A stretch of 43,685 bases of DNA from Paraglaciecola sp. GTDB taxonomy: Bacteria; Pseudomonadota; Gammaproteobacteria; Enterobacterales; Alteromonadaceae. The translations under genes and the position numbers were made by a program. The DNA lies in the NCBI GenBank assembly GCA_034111205.1, contig JAWUXT010000147.1, forward strand, positions 1 to 43,685, in the 5' to 3' direction. The notes beneath the pieces are model-generated. The model saw only the letters and a list, made by a program, of their open reading frames with translations, did no database searches and was not told the DNA's origin. The first letter of the stretch is position 1; each line of letters begins with the position of its first letter. This document shows, in pieces, positions 9,555-20,136 of this stretch.

Positions 9555-9720
9555 TTATAACAGCGGCGCTATCACTAAACTTACGATCGCCATTACGTTA
9601 ATTAAAATATTCATACATAGATGCACCAGATGTATCTTGGTTATAACAGCGGCGCGATCACTAAACTTACGATCGCCATTACATTGATTAGAATATTCAT
9701 AGAAGGACCAGATGTGTCTT
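9555..9720 (-). repeat. Diverged tandem duplication of the last 80 nt of hppA (extra copy 9555-9638, gene copy 9641-9720)
   Basis: The extra copy encodes DTSGASM, then a 4-nt insertion, then [19 protein letters not shown]. The gene ends [25 protein letters not shown]. Confidence 0.95.
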
Positions 9721-11635
9721 TAAATGGGTCGCCTACTGTATCCCCGACTACCACAGCCGCATGAGTGTCAGAGCCTTTACCACCTAAGTTGCCTTTTTCT
9801 ACATACTTTTTAGCATTGTCCCAAGCCCCACCCGCATTCGCCATCATCAGCGCGAGTAAAACACAACCTAACAGTGCTCCGCCTAACATCCCACCTAGTG
9901 CATAAGCACCTAAGCCAAAACCAATCAACGGTGGCACACCTACCGCGATAACACCGGGTAAAATCATTTTTTTCAGCGCAGCTTGAGTAGCGATATCAAT
10001 ACAACGAGCATTATCAGGCTCAGCAGTACCTTCCATTAAGCCTTCAATCTCTCTAAATTGGCGGCGAATCTCTTGGATCATTTCAAATGCAGCATCACCT
10101 ACCGCAGTCATAGTAATAGAGGCAATTAAAAATGGCAGCAAGCCACCAATAAATAAACCGATTAAGACCATAGGATCGCCTAAGTTCAAAGTAAAGTCTG
10201 GGTATTTAGTGGTAAGGGTTTCGATAAACGCGGCTATAATAGCTAAAGCAGCCAATGCAGCAGCGCCTATTGCAAAACCTTTTCCAATAGCGGCGGTGGT
10301 ATTGCCAAGCTCATCTAAAGAGTCTGTTATAGCGCGGGTTTCTTTTCCCAGTCCAGCCATTTCAGCTATGCCCCCAGCATTGTCAGCCACCGGACCATAA
10401 GCATCAATTGCCATAGTAATGCCCACGGTTGCTAACATTCCAACAGCAGCAATGCCGACCCCGTATAAACCGGATAATTGCGTAGAAGCAAAAATTATTG
10501 CACAAATGGTCAGCACAGGAATAACCACTGATTGCATACCTACTGCAAGCCCTGTAATCATAACAGTCGCAGGGCCAGTTTCACCTGCCTCAGCTATTTT
10601 ACGTACCGGTGTGGACGCGGTGTAGTATTCAGTCACTAAACCAATAATAATTCCGCCCGCAGCGCCAGAAACAACCGCCCACCACACATGGTCACTCACA
10701 CCTAGATTAGCTACCACAAAATAAGCCACAACGATAAATATCACTGCTGCTGACATCGTACCCGCACGCAAAGCCACGTCAGGTTTACTGGCTGATAACA
10801 ATTTAACTATGACTATGCCTGCAACCGAACACAACAAACCGGTAGAGGCTAATGCCAACGGCAAGAACATTAAAGACTCACGACTTCCGAGTAAACCCAC
10901 AGCCATGGTCGAAGCAATGGCAATCGTGGCAATCATTGAGCCGCAATAAGATTCAAAGATGTCTGAACCCATGCCTGCCACATCTCCTACATTGTCTCCG
11001 ACATTATCAGCAATTACACCGGGGTTGCGCGGATCGTCTTCAGGAATACCGGCTTCAATTTTACCAACTAAATCAGCACCAACATCTGCACTTTTAGTGA
11101 AGATTCCTCCTCCTACCCTTGAAAACAATGCAACTATAGAAGCGCCCATTCCAAATCCATGGATGACGTGTGTTGTGGCCGGATCACCACCAAAGAACCA
11201 GTACAGAGATCCTAAACCCAAGAGCCCCATTGACGCGACACATAACCCCATCACAGAGCCACCCATAAAAGCGATAGTCAGCGCAGCAGCCGGACCTTCG
11301 TCATGAGCGGCTTGAGTGGTTCGCACATTTGCCTTGGTGGCAGTAAACATGCCCATATAACCAGCAAAAGCAGAACATAATGCCCCTGCAACAAAAGCCA
11401 TAGTGGTGTATTGACCTAAAGAAAAATATAAGGCGAGACCCACGACTAAAGCAAAAAGGAACAACATTTTATACTCGCGGTGCATAAACACCATTGCACC
11501 TGAATGTATTGCATCACCTATTTTGATAATAGACGGATTAGAAACAGGTGCTTTTTTAATCATTAAATAGATAAAAAAAGCGCTTATTAAGCCCGCAAAT
11601 CCCAAGATAGGTGGCAAGTAGAATAGTTCAGTCAT
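9641..11635 (-). CDS. hppA: Membrane-bound pyrophosphatase, K+-dependent, probably Na+-translocating
   Basis: [55 protein letters not shown] (Ala indicates the K+-dependent type), DIFESY and [14 protein letters not shown]. Start placed at ATG 11635 after GGGA. Confidence 0.95.
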   Translation of the reverse strand: MTELFYLPPILGFAGLISAFFIYLMIKKAPVSNPSIIKIGDAIHSGAMVFMHREYKMLFLFALVVGLALYFSLGQYTTMAFVAGALCSAFAGYMGMFTATKANVRTTQAAHDEGPAAALTIAFMGGSVMGLCVASMGLLGLGSLYWFFGGDPATTHVIHGFGMGASIVALFSRVGGGIFTKSADVGADLVGKIEAGIPEDDPRNPGVIADNVGDNVGDVAGMGSDIFESYCGSMIATIAIASTMAVGLLGSRESLMFLPLALASTGLLCSVAGIVIVKLLSASKPDVALRAGTMSAAVIFIVVAYFVVANLGVSDHVWWAVVSGAAGGIIIGLVTEYYTASTPVRKIAEAGETGPATVMITGLAVGMQSVVIPVLTICAIIFASTQLSGLYGVGIAAVGMLATVGITMAIDAYGPVADNAGGIAEMAGLGKETRAITDSLDELGNTTAAIGKGFAIGAAALAALAIIAAFIETLTTKYPDFTLNLGDPMVLIGLFIGGLLPFLIASITMTAVGDAAFEMIQEIRRQFREIEGLMEGTAEPDNARCIDIATQAALKKMILPGVIAVGVPPLIGFGLGAYALGGMLGGALLGCVLLALMMANAGGAWDNAKKYVEKGNLGGKGSDTHAAVVVGDTVGDPFKDTSGPSMNILINVMAIVSLVIAPLL

Positions 11636-11773
11636 GAAAGTTCCCTGAGTTAATGTAACAATGACACAAAACACACCACCTTGAATTAATTCAAAAATGA
11701 GTAGGCTTTGCAAACCATTTACGCCAGCCTCTCATTACTAACGACATTTATGAGTACGTGGCTATTTTATTGT

Positions 11774-11795
11774 TTTATTTACAATTTATTTACAA
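11774..11795. promoter_or_regulatory. 11-bp tandem direct repeat in the hppA/ppa divergent promoter region
   Basis: TTTATTTACAA twice. One-helical-turn spacing is typical of OmpR/PhoB-family sites; function is inferred. Confidence 0.3.
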
Positions 11796-11949
11796 TTTCA
11801 ATGCAACTATAACGAGAATTTGATATTTAGTTCAAGTTTTAATCAGTAATTGTACTTAGTCTGCATTTTAATCACTTTGTTGAGTTTCATCTTGTGTCTC
11901 AAGGCACTATAATCTTGCGCTATAAAATTCAACAACTTTAGGTATTACT

Positions 11950-12498
11950 ATGAGCCTTAACGCCGTACCCGCTGGTAAAAATTTACCAGATGAAATTAAT
12001 GTAATAATCGAAATTCCTGCTCACTCTGATCCTGTTAAATATGAAGTGGACAAAGAATCTGGTGCCATTTTTGTTGACCGTTTTATGGCAACCTGTATGC
12101 ATTACCCCACTAACTATGGTTATGTTCCACACACTTTGTCTGAAGATGGCGATCCAGCTGATGTATTAGTTATGACGCCTTTCCCACTTTTAGCTGGCTC
12201 AGTTATTAAGTGTCGCCCAGTTGGAGTACTAAAAATGACTGATGAGTCGGGTATAGATGCAAAAATCCTTGCCGTACCTGCAGATAAGTTATCAACAATT
12301 TATCGTGGCATTACTGATATTGATCATATTCCTGAACTAACTAAGCATCAAATTCAACATTTCTTTGAACATTACAAAGACCTAGAGCCGAACAAATGGG
12401 TGAAAATTGAGGGATGGGGAGACGCAGCAGCGGCTAAAGCCGAGTTAGTTAACAGTGTTAAGTTATACGAAGCAGAAGAACACAAACCTGCTTTTTAG
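11950..12498 (+). CDS. ppa: Soluble family I inorganic pyrophosphatase
   Basis: [23 protein letters not shown] and FFEHYKDLE. Confidence 0.98.
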   Translation: MSLNAVPAGKNLPDEINVIIEIPAHSDPVKYEVDKESGAIFVDRFMATCMHYPTNYGYVPHTLSEDGDPADVLVMTPFPLLAGSVIKCRPVGVLKMTDESGIDAKILAVPADKLSTIYRGITDIDHIPELTKHQIQHFFEHYKDLEPNKWVKIEGWGDAAAAKAELVNSVKLYEAEEHKPAF

Positions 12499-12528
12499 TA
12501 AAACTTATTCACATCTCACTTTTTTAAT

Positions 12529-12552
12529 AGCCGGTTTTTAACCGGCTTTTTT
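12529..12552 (+). terminator. Rho-independent terminator of ppa
   Basis: AGCCGG-TTTTTAA-CCGGCT followed by a T run. Confidence 0.85.
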
Positions 12553-12591
12553 ATGGGAGTTATCGGTAATAGAACAAAAAAGAGATAAACC

Positions 12592-13569
12592 ATGATTAAA
12601 CTTGCTGTAATTGGGACAAACTGGATAACAGATAATTTTATTCAAGGAGCCTTACAAACGGGTAGGTTTGAATTGTGTGCCGTCTACTCGCGATCTTTAG
12701 AGCAAGCGCAAAATTTTGGTCTCAAATATAATGTGAAGTATATCTTTGATGACTTAGAGCTATTTGCAAGCTCAACAGAATTTGAAGCTGTTTATATTGC
12801 AAGCCCAAATTCTTTTCATAATTATCAATCAATTCAAATGCTGAAAAGCAGCAAACATGTCATCTGTGAGAAACCTTTAGCCTCAGATTATACCTCAGCA
12901 AAAGGTATGTATAAAACTGCAGAAGAAAATGACGTGGTCTTATTTGAAGCATTTATGACGCCGTTTTTACCCAATTTTGCTGTTTTAAAAGAAAATATTA
13001 GAGATATTGGATCGCTTCGAAAAGTGATGTTTAGCTACTGCCAATACTCTTCTAGGTATCCAAAATTTTTAAGAGGTGAGAACCCCAATACATTTAATCC
13101 ATCGTTCTCAAATGGATCAGTAATGGATATTGGTTATTATTGTTTAGGTGCGGCAATAGAGTTATTTGGCGAGCCTAAATCGGTTTATGCTACTGCACAT
13201 ATTTTAGAATCTGGGGTCGATGGTAATGGCAGCATCATTCTAGGTTATAATGGATTTGATGCTGTTTTAATGCACTCAAAAACATCTAATTCATTCTTAC
13301 CCAGTGAAATTCAAGGTGAACAAGCGTGCCTACAAATTGAGATGATTTCGACTTGTAATAAAGTGAGTAGAATCGATCGCAATGGACATATTACTGACTT
13401 GAGTGTAGGGCAAAAAGAAAACCGAATGTTCTATGAAGCAAACGCTTTTGCTGACCAAGTAATCATAAATAAAATTGATACAAAATCTAAAACTCGATCC
13501 CTAACGTTGGCAAAAGTACTGACTGATGTGCGTATTCAAACTGGGGTTATTTTCCCAACAGACCCATAA
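12592..13569 (+). CDS. Gfo/Idh/MocA family oxidoreductase (YgjR-like)
   Basis: AVIGTNWI, VYIASPNSFH, HVICEKP, CQYSSRY and GSVMDIGYY. Confidence 0.92.
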   Translation: MIKLAVIGTNWITDNFIQGALQTGRFELCAVYSRSLEQAQNFGLKYNVKYIFDDLELFASSTEFEAVYIASPNSFHNYQSIQMLKSSKHVICEKPLASDYTSAKGMYKTAEENDVVLFEAFMTPFLPNFAVLKENIRDIGSLRKVMFSYCQYSSRYPKFLRGENPNTFNPSFSNGSVMDIGYYCLGAAIELFGEPKSVYATAHILESGVDGNGSIILGYNGFDAVLMHSKTSNSFLPSEIQGEQACLQIEMISTCNKVSRIDRNGHITDLSVGQKENRMFYEANAFADQVIINKIDTKSKTRSLTLAKVLTDVRIQTGVIFPTDP

Positions 13570-13577
13570 ACATGACA

Positions 13578-13602
13578 GCCCTTTTAATAAAGGTAAAAGG
13601 GC
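13578..13602. terminator. 9-bp stem-loop after the oxidoreductase (no U-tract)
   Basis: GCCCTTTTA-ATAAAGG-TAAAAGGGC. Confidence 0.4.
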
Positions 13603-13687
13603 ATAGGCATACAAACGACAATGTCTAAAGCGAACTAATCAAAAATCATTTATATTGGACCAATCAAATTCAGGCAAATAAGAACTT

Positions 13688-14161
13688 ATGATAAAAATAA
13701 TCAATCCAACGTGCTTAATATTATTCTTGTTCAGCCAGATAATATTTGCCAAAGAACCACTAGAGCTTTTTTGGGAAGACATGGTGCCGCCAGATTATCA
13801 AACTCCCGATACTCCTTTGAGTCACGACGGCGGTATGCTGCAAATGGGACTAGATGCGCCCATCGTCGAGAGTCTAAATGGCAAACTAGTAAAAATACCA
13901 GGATTTGTTGTTCCTTTAGAAGGTGACAACGAAACAACCACCGAATTTTTGTTAGTTCCGTATTTTGGTGCCTGTATTCATGTGCCACCACCACCAGCAA
14001 ATCAAATAGTTTACGTGAAGCTTTCAGAGGCGGTGCCGATAGATAATCTATATGACGCAGTTTGGGTCACCGGTACCCTAACCACAAAAGGGTGGGAAGG
14101 TGATTTGGCGACCGTTGGATATTCATTAGTAGGTCTCAGTGTCAGTCCCTATGATGGTTAA
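13688..14161 (+). CDS. Exported DUF3299-family protein
   Basis: Signal peptide, WEDMVP, VKIPGFVVPLE and EFLLVPYFGACIHVPPPPANQIVYV. Confidence 0.9.
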   Translation: MIKIINPTCLILFLFSQIIFAKEPLELFWEDMVPPDYQTPDTPLSHDGGMLQMGLDAPIVESLNGKLVKIPGFVVPLEGDNETTTEFLLVPYFGACIHVPPPPANQIVYVKLSEAVPIDNLYDAVWVTGTLTTKGWEGDLATVGYSLVGLSVSPYDG

Positions 14162-14209
14162 ACTCGTAACTTAGCAATAAGAATTTGTCTATACTGATTT
14201 CCAAGTTCA

Positions 14210-14509
14210 GATGAAGTGCGTTACTTATATACACAAAGTCGAAGACACAATATAAAGGTGATTAAAGTGCAATATCCCGCATTAGATGTCACCAAAAGTG
14301 CATTGGTCAAAATGGAAAGCGTCAAAGACACGTTAAGTAGTGCCGTGACCACAGGCGATATGGAAACTTAGAAAATGCAGAATGTTGACGAAATCCATAG
14401 CCGCACTGAAGAAACGGCCGCAAGTTCCAAAAAGCTCGCATCAGTAAGCTCAGAACTTGCGCAATTAGCTAAACACTTAGAAGACATAGCTAAACAATTT
14501 AAAGTATAA
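14210..14509 (+). pseudogene. Decayed remnant of a methyl-accepting chemotaxis protein (signalling domain and C-terminus)
   Basis: Fragments DEVR.L.TQS at 14210, DVTKSALVKMESVK..., and 14375-14509 MQNVDEIHSRTEETAASSKKLASVSSELAQLAKHLEDIAKQFKV*. Confidence 0.75.
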
Positions 14510-14537
14510 AACTAAATTTAACCGATAAAAAATATTT

Positions 14538-14933
14538 CTACTCAGAGTAGCTATTGGCCAAAAGCTCGGCTTTTATACTTTTGTTTATTGCTACAGCTTG
14601 TTTTGTCTGATAATCAAAATGCACCATAGTTGTGGTTCCAGTTGCACATTTTTTTTGCTGCTGCCACAACTCCTGATATACATCAAAAGAACTAGTACCT
14701 ATCCGACTGATAAATGTTCTAACCTGTACTTTCTGCCCATAATAAATCTGCTCTAAAAAATCGACTTTATAACTTGCCAAAATGAGCGACCAATTTTGCA
14801 AATCTAACTCAGGGTTAAATAGTTTAAAAATAGGTTCACGGCCGCTTTCAAACCAACCCACTAGCACAGTATTACTTACATGAGCTAGGGCATCTGTTTC
14901 GTAAAAACGAACATTAAACTCTTCACTAAACAT
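14538..14933 (-). CDS. Hotdog-fold acyl-CoA thioesterase (4HBT/YbgC-like)
   Basis: VRFYETDALAHVSN, WFESGR and IGTSSF. Confidence 0.9.
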   Translation of the reverse strand: MFSEEFNVRFYETDALAHVSNTVLVGWFESGREPIFKLFNPELDLQNWSLILASYKVDFLEQIYYGQKVQVRTFISRIGTSSFDVYQELWQQQKKCATGTTTMVHFDYQTKQAVAINKSIKAELLANSYSE

Positions 14934-14939
14934 GCAATG

Positions 14940-17774
14940 TCATCCCTGCTGTTGCAATAATGGTTTAAGGAAGCGTGCCGTATGCGACTCTTCTACATTA
15001 CAAATATCTTCAGGGGTTCCTTGGGCCACGATTTGACCACCACCAGAACCACCTTCAGGACCAAGATCGATAACCCAATCTGCCGTTTTTATCACATCTA
15101 AGTTATGTTCAATAACCACCACTGTATTACCATGGTCACGTAATCTATGCAGAACATTCAGTAGCTGTTTAATATCGTGGAAGTGTAAACCTGTTGTTGG
15201 TTCATCCAGAATATACAGGGTTTGACCGGTATCACGTTTGGATAATTCTTTGGCTAACTTAACGCGTTGCGCTTCACCGCCCGACAGCGTCGTTGCAGCT
15301 TGACCTAAACGTACATAAGACAAGCCCACATCCATCAGAGTTTGTAATTTTCTGGCAATAGCCGGGATAACATCAAAGAAAGGGCGAGCCTCTTCTACTG
15401 TCATATCTAACACCTGATGAATATTCAATCCTTTATACTGAATCTCCAATGTTTCACGGTTGTAACGTTTACCTTTACATAAATCACAAGGCACATATAC
15501 ATCCGGCAAGAAGTGCATTTCAACCTTAATCACGCCGTCGCCTTGGCATGCTTCACAGCGTCCACCTTTGACGTTAAAACTAAACCGTCCGGGTTTATAA
15601 CCACGAGATCTGGCTTCTTGTGTACCAGCAAACAATTCACGCACCGGCGTAAAAATACCTGCATAGGTAGCGGGATTCGAGCGGGGTGTTCGGCCAATAG
15701 GGCTTTGATCAATATCCACCACTTTATCCATAAACTCCATACCAGTGATGGTTTTATAAGGTGCAGGCTCCCCTGTAGTGGCCCCATTTAATTCTCTGTG
15801 GGCAATGCGATAAAAAGTGTCGTTTATCAGCGTCGATTTACCTGAGCCTGATACCCCCGTCACACACGTCATTAATCCTAGTGGTACTCTTAATGTCACA
15901 TCTTGCAAGTTATTACCAGTGGCACCCGTTAGCACCACCCACTTGTCTTGATCAATTTCAGTTCGTTTAGCTGGTATTTCAATTCTTTCTCTACCAGACA
16001 GGTACTTGCCTGTTAGCGAACGTTCACTCTTTTTAATATCTTCTATAGTGCCCTGAGCCACAATTTCGCCACCGTGTACACCAGCACCTGGGCCAATATC
16101 CAGCACGAAATCGGCTGCACGAATCGCATCTTCGTCATGCTCAACCACGATGACGGTGTTACCTAAGTCGCGTAAGTGGATCAGGGTTTCCAATAACCTT
16201 GCGTTGTCACGTTGATGCAAACCAATAGAAGGTTCGTCAAGTACATACATAACCCCAACTAACCCAGCACCTATTTGGCTAGCGAGCCTAATACGCTGAG
16301 CTTCGCCACCAGATAACGTATCGGCGCTGCGTGAAAGGGATAAATAATTTAGACCTACGTTCACCAAAAACGTCAATCTATCATTGATTTCTTTGAAGAT
16401 CTTTTCTGCTATTTTTAGGCGTTTACCGGTTAAAGTAAGATTTGCGAAAAACTTCAAAGCGTCGGCAATCGACAAATCAGTAATGACATTAAGTGGTGTT
16501 TCACCAATAAATACGTTTCTGGCTTCTAATCTAAGACGTGAACCAGAGCAGGTTGAGCAATGTTGCTGGCTTAAATACTTGGATAACTCATCCCGTACCG
16601 CATTGGATTCAGTTTCTTTATAGCGTCGCTCCATATTTGGGATAATCCCTTCAAATGGATGTTTGCGTTCCATAATGTCGCCACGGTCGTTTATGTATTT
16701 AAACTTTAACGATGTACCTTTACTGCCGTTTAACACAATATCTTTGGCTTGTTCATCGAGCTCTGCAAAAGGCACAGTCAGATCAAACTTGTAGTGATCA
16801 GCCACAGCTTGCAACATCTGAAAATAATAATAGCTGCGTTTGTCCCAACCCCGAATGGCGCCACCAGATAAACTAATTTCTTCATTAGTGATAATGCGAT
16901 GCGGGTCAAAAAACTGCCTTGTCCCCAAACCATCACAACTTTGACAGGCACCAGCAGGGTTGTTGAAAGAAAATAACCGCGGCTCTAACTCAGCCATACT
17001 ATAGCCACAGTGTGGACAAGCAAAGTTAGAAGAAAATACCAACTCTAACTTGTCAGGCTCGTCCATAAAAGCAACGGTTGCGGTGCCGCCAGACAAGTTT
17101 AAGGCTGTTTCGAAAGACTCAGCTAAACGAAGTTTTAAATCTTCGCGCACTTTAAAACGGTCAATCACTACTTCAATAGTGTGCTTTTTGTGTAAATCGA
17201 GGTCAGGTGGATCCGACAAATCACATACATTGCCATCTATTCTGGCCCGAATAAAACCTTGCGCGGCGAGATTTTCTAGGGTTTTGAGATGCTCACCTTT
17301 ACGAGCTTGAACCACAGGAGCAAGCAACATCAATTTAATATCTGCTGGCATATCTAATACCCGATCAACCATCTGACTGACTGTTTGTGCATCTAATGGA
17401 GCATGATGCTCAGGACAACGGGGCTCTCCTACCCGTGCATACAACAAACGCAAGTAGTCATAAATTTCTGTAATGGTGCCCACAGTAGAACGTGGATTGT
17501 GCGAAGTAGATTTTTGCTCGATGGAAATTGCTGGCGATAGACCCTCAATATGATCCACATCAGGCTTTTCCATCATGGATAAAAATTGACGAGCGTAAGC
17601 TGACAATGACTCTACATAACGTCTTTGCCCTTCTGCATACAAAGTGTCAAAAGCCAAAGAAGATTTACCTGAACCTGACAAACCGGTGATCACCGTCAGT
17701 TTGTCTCTGGGGATATCTAAATTGATGTTTTTCAGGTTGTGAGTTCGAGCCCCACGTACTTCTATTCTATCCAT
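14940..17774 (-). CDS. uvrA: Excinuclease ABC subunit A
   Basis: [16 protein letters not shown], two Walker A motifs ([16 protein letters not shown]), LSGGEAQR twice and zinc fingers. Start at ATG 17774. Confidence 0.99.
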   Translation of the reverse strand: MDRIEVRGARTHNLKNINLDIPRDKLTVITGLSGSGKSSLAFDTLYAEGQRRYVESLSAYARQFLSMMEKPDVDHIEGLSPAISIEQKSTSHNPRSTVGTITEIYDYLRLLYARVGEPRCPEHHAPLDAQTVSQMVDRVLDMPADIKLMLLAPVVQARKGEHLKTLENLAAQGFIRARIDGNVCDLSDPPDLDLHKKHTIEVVIDRFKVREDLKLRLAESFETALNLSGGTATVAFMDEPDKLELVFSSNFACPHCGYSMAELEPRLFSFNNPAGACQSCDGLGTRQFFDPHRIITNEEISLSGGAIRGWDKRSYYYFQMLQAVADHYKFDLTVPFAELDEQAKDIVLNGSKGTSLKFKYINDRGDIMERKHPFEGIIPNMERRYKETESNAVRDELSKYLSQQHCSTCSGSRLRLEARNVFIGETPLNVITDLSIADALKFFANLTLTGKRLKIAEKIFKEINDRLTFLVNVGLNYLSLSRSADTLSGGEAQRIRLASQIGAGLVGVMYVLDEPSIGLHQRDNARLLETLIHLRDLGNTVIVVEHDEDAIRAADFVLDIGPGAGVHGGEIVAQGTIEDIKKSERSLTGKYLSGRERIEIPAKRTEIDQDKWVVLTGATGNNLQDVTLRVPLGLMTCVTGVSGSGKSTLINDTFYRIAHRELNGATTGEPAPYKTITGMEFMDKVVDIDQSPIGRTPRSNPATYAGIFTPVRELFAGTQEARSRGYKPGRFSFNVKGGRCEACQGDGVIKVEMHFLPDVYVPCDLCKGKRYNRETLEIQYKGLNIHQVLDMTVEEARPFFDVIPAIARKLQTLMDVGLSYVRLGQAATTLSGGEAQRVKLAKELSKRDTGQTLYILDEPTTGLHFHDIKQLLNVLHRLRDHGNTVVVIEHNLDVIKTADWVIDLGPEGGSGGGQIVAQGTPEDICNVEESHTARFLKPLLQQQG

Positions 17775-17874
17775 TGGTAACCAGTTGTGCCGCAAAAGAA
17801 CAATTATTACATACTCTGCAAATAGGCACTACGACCATTATCTGAATACAAGGAGTTTATCCATTAAATTATTC

Positions 17875-18611
17875 TTAAATGGCGCTAGACTTCCAATCGG
17901 CTTGCTAGTCTTTAAATACCGCAGTGTGACCGCTGTTTTCTATTGCCTCGGTGACTTGTACTACCGAGCGTTCATCACTTATTTCAAGTTGCTCGTTAAA
18001 TAATCTAAAAGCACAAATAACTTGGACCAATCCTTTATCAGAGATGGGTGACGTAGGTTCAATCCCACCGGTACATGGCCGCAAACGAGGCAGCGAAAGA
18101 CTGTATTGACTGCGCCAATAGTGATTCTCTGAATAAGCCAAATGATGACCCAGCAGCAATGCATCTAATCCCCAGTCATCTAGGCGTAACAATACGCCCA
18201 AACCTATTTTGTCGAAACCTGCTCGACCTAACCTATCAGGGCTGTTTAAGCGATATTAAAAATTTTGTTTTTGCCGCGGGTGTGATGTTTAACTTATGTG
18301 ACAGGATGATAGGTCTCTTGATATAACATTACCGCATCCAAACCAAGATGGGCCAACCTTTGATATTCATCTGTGGCCAATGGCTGAGCTTCTAAGGCTA
18401 GATGACTAAAATGTTGTTTGATTTGCGGTAAGACTTCGGCAAAGTACTCGACTCCTACTTTGCTTTCATACTATTCAGAGACCAATAATATTGAGTCGAA
18501 CCCACAGCCTTTAATAATATCAATTTCTTGCTGGATCTCATCTGCACTTAATATATTACGCTTGATTTTGTTGCTCATGGTAAAACCACAATAATCACAC
18601 TCATTGGCACA
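17875..18611 (-). pseudogene. thiH: thiH (2-iminoacetate synthase, radical SAM) pseudogene
   Basis: CANECDYCGFTMSNKIKR, GFDSILLVS, GLDAVMLYQETY, PDRLGRAGFDKIGLG, YWRSQYSLSLPRLRPC, LVQVICAFRLF and EISDERS. In-frame stops at 18473, 18296 and 17907, a frameshift near 18270, and the N-terminus is missing. Confidence 0.92.
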
Positions 18612-18786
18612 AGGACTTTTAAATAATCGAGCCGCTACTCAAAAACCGCAAGCAAAAAACGAGTCAGTCATAGGCAATAAAAGCATAAGACAAAGCGACC
18701 AATTGTGTGAGGCATTAAAAAAACATGCTAGACTCTTGGCACTTTTCAGCCGTATTTTTTATACTTTTTATTAGACAGTCTCCATT

Positions 18787-20124
18787 TTGAATTCTACCGA
18801 ACTCCGCAGCGCTTTTTCTCTTGCCTTTGTGTATGTGCTTCGCATGCTCGGCTTATTTATGGTGATGCCAGTCATAGCCATTAGTGCTAAAACCTATCCA
18901 GATTATTCAGCCTTTCTTGTCGGGCTAGCAATAGGTGGCTACGGTTTGACTCAAGCGTTATTGCAAATTCCAATGGGGGTTTTATCAGATAAAATTGGTC
19001 GAAAGCCAGTTATTGCAGGTGGTTTAGTTATTTTTGCCATTGGCAGTATTGTGGCGGCGACCGCTGATAGTTTAGCGTGGGTCGTAGTGGGTCGTTTTCT
19101 GCAAGGTGCTGGTGCCATTGCTGGAGCGATCATGGCATTAGCCGGAGACTTAAGCCGTGAAAGCCAACGTCCAAAGGTAATGGCAGTGATAGGTATTTCT
19201 ATTGGCTTCTCTTTTTACTTGGCCTTACTGTTAGGCCCTATTATTGCGAGTAAGTTTGGTCTCAGCGGTATTTTTCTGATGACCGGTATATTGGCTTGTT
19301 TATGTATATTTTTGGTCTTGTTTGTGGTGCCCAATGCAAAAAACATCGCGCCTAAAGGCGACACATTGCCAATTGTACACGATATAAAAAACCTGTTTTT
19401 ACACCCCCAATTAATACGTCTCAATGTTAGCGTGTTGTTATTACATATGCTGATCACCCTTCTCTTTGTGCAGATACCTGTATTTTTAGTTGATTTAAGT
19501 TGGCCACTAGCCTCTCATTGGCAGGCATATTCAGTGGTATTAATTACCTCAGTAATGGGTCTTATTGGCCTGATGGCCCTAGCATCCAAGCGAAAAAAAG
19601 CGGTTATGCAGTTCAGTGTCGCAGGTTTGGCAATAGTCTTTGCATTGCTGATATTCGGACAAAATTCAATTATATACTTACTATTATTGGTCAGTTTATT
19701 TTTTACCTGCTTTAACTATCTCGAAGCGAATTTCCCGGCCATGGTTTCAAATATTGCCCCAGCGGGTAAAAAAGGGTCAGCCATGGGGGTGTATGCCAGT
19801 TTCCAGTTTTTTGGTGCCTTTATTGGTGGTGTGTTATCCGGCAGTATCGGCGAGCTATTAGGCATTCAATGGGTTTTTGGTTTAGCCAGTATTTTATGTT
19901 GTATTTGGTTGTTGTTGATTAGAGGTTTACAGGCGACGAATCGACTGAAACGTTATACACTTAAAACAACGACACAAACAACAAGTCTGGCTTTACAGCA
20001 GCTTTCCGAATTAGAAGGTGTGGTGGATATAACGGTTGTTCCGAATGAACAAGTTATGTACCTAAAGGCAGAACAAAATTTCGATATTCAACAAGCTCGG
20101 CTTGTATTGAATTTAAAAGATTAA
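18787..20124 (+). CDS. MFS transporter, YajR-like with C-terminal soluble domain
   Basis: LRMLGLFMVMPV, GLAIGGYGLTQALLQIP, SDKIGRKPVI and GRFLQGAGAI; lies between uvrA and ssb. Confidence 0.9.
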   Translation: MNSTELRSAFSLAFVYVLRMLGLFMVMPVIAISAKTYPDYSAFLVGLAIGGYGLTQALLQIPMGVLSDKIGRKPVIAGGLVIFAIGSIVAATADSLAWVVVGRFLQGAGAIAGAIMALAGDLSRESQRPKVMAVIGISIGFSFYLALLLGPIIASKFGLSGIFLMTGILACLCIFLVLFVVPNAKNIAPKGDTLPIVHDIKNLFLHPQLIRLNVSVLLLHMLITLLFVQIPVFLVDLSWPLASHWQAYSVVLITSVMGLIGLMALASKRKKAVMQFSVAGLAIVFALLIFGQNSIIYLLLLVSLFFTCFNYLEANFPAMVSNIAPAGKKGSAMGVYASFQFFGAFIGGVLSGSIGELLGIQWVFGLASILCCIWLLLIRGLQATNRLKRYTLKTTTQTTSLALQQLSELEGVVDITVVPNEQVMYLKAEQNFDIQQARLVLNLKD

Positions 20125-20136
20125 TTAGGAGGAATA

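Noticed and set aside
17775-17875. LexA (SOS) box upstream of uvrA
   Set aside because: Only half-site-like CTGAATA/ATGGATA sequences are present; I found no CTG-N10-CAG.
17905-18326. Short ORFs of 98, 61 and 83 aa between uvrA and the MFS gene
   Set aside because: The 98-aa ORF is a piece of the thiH pseudogene; the others are shadow frames.
18612-18786. TPP riboswitch upstream of the thiH remnant
   Set aside because: No GCTGAGA or CCTGA...GTAATGC...GCG core is visible.
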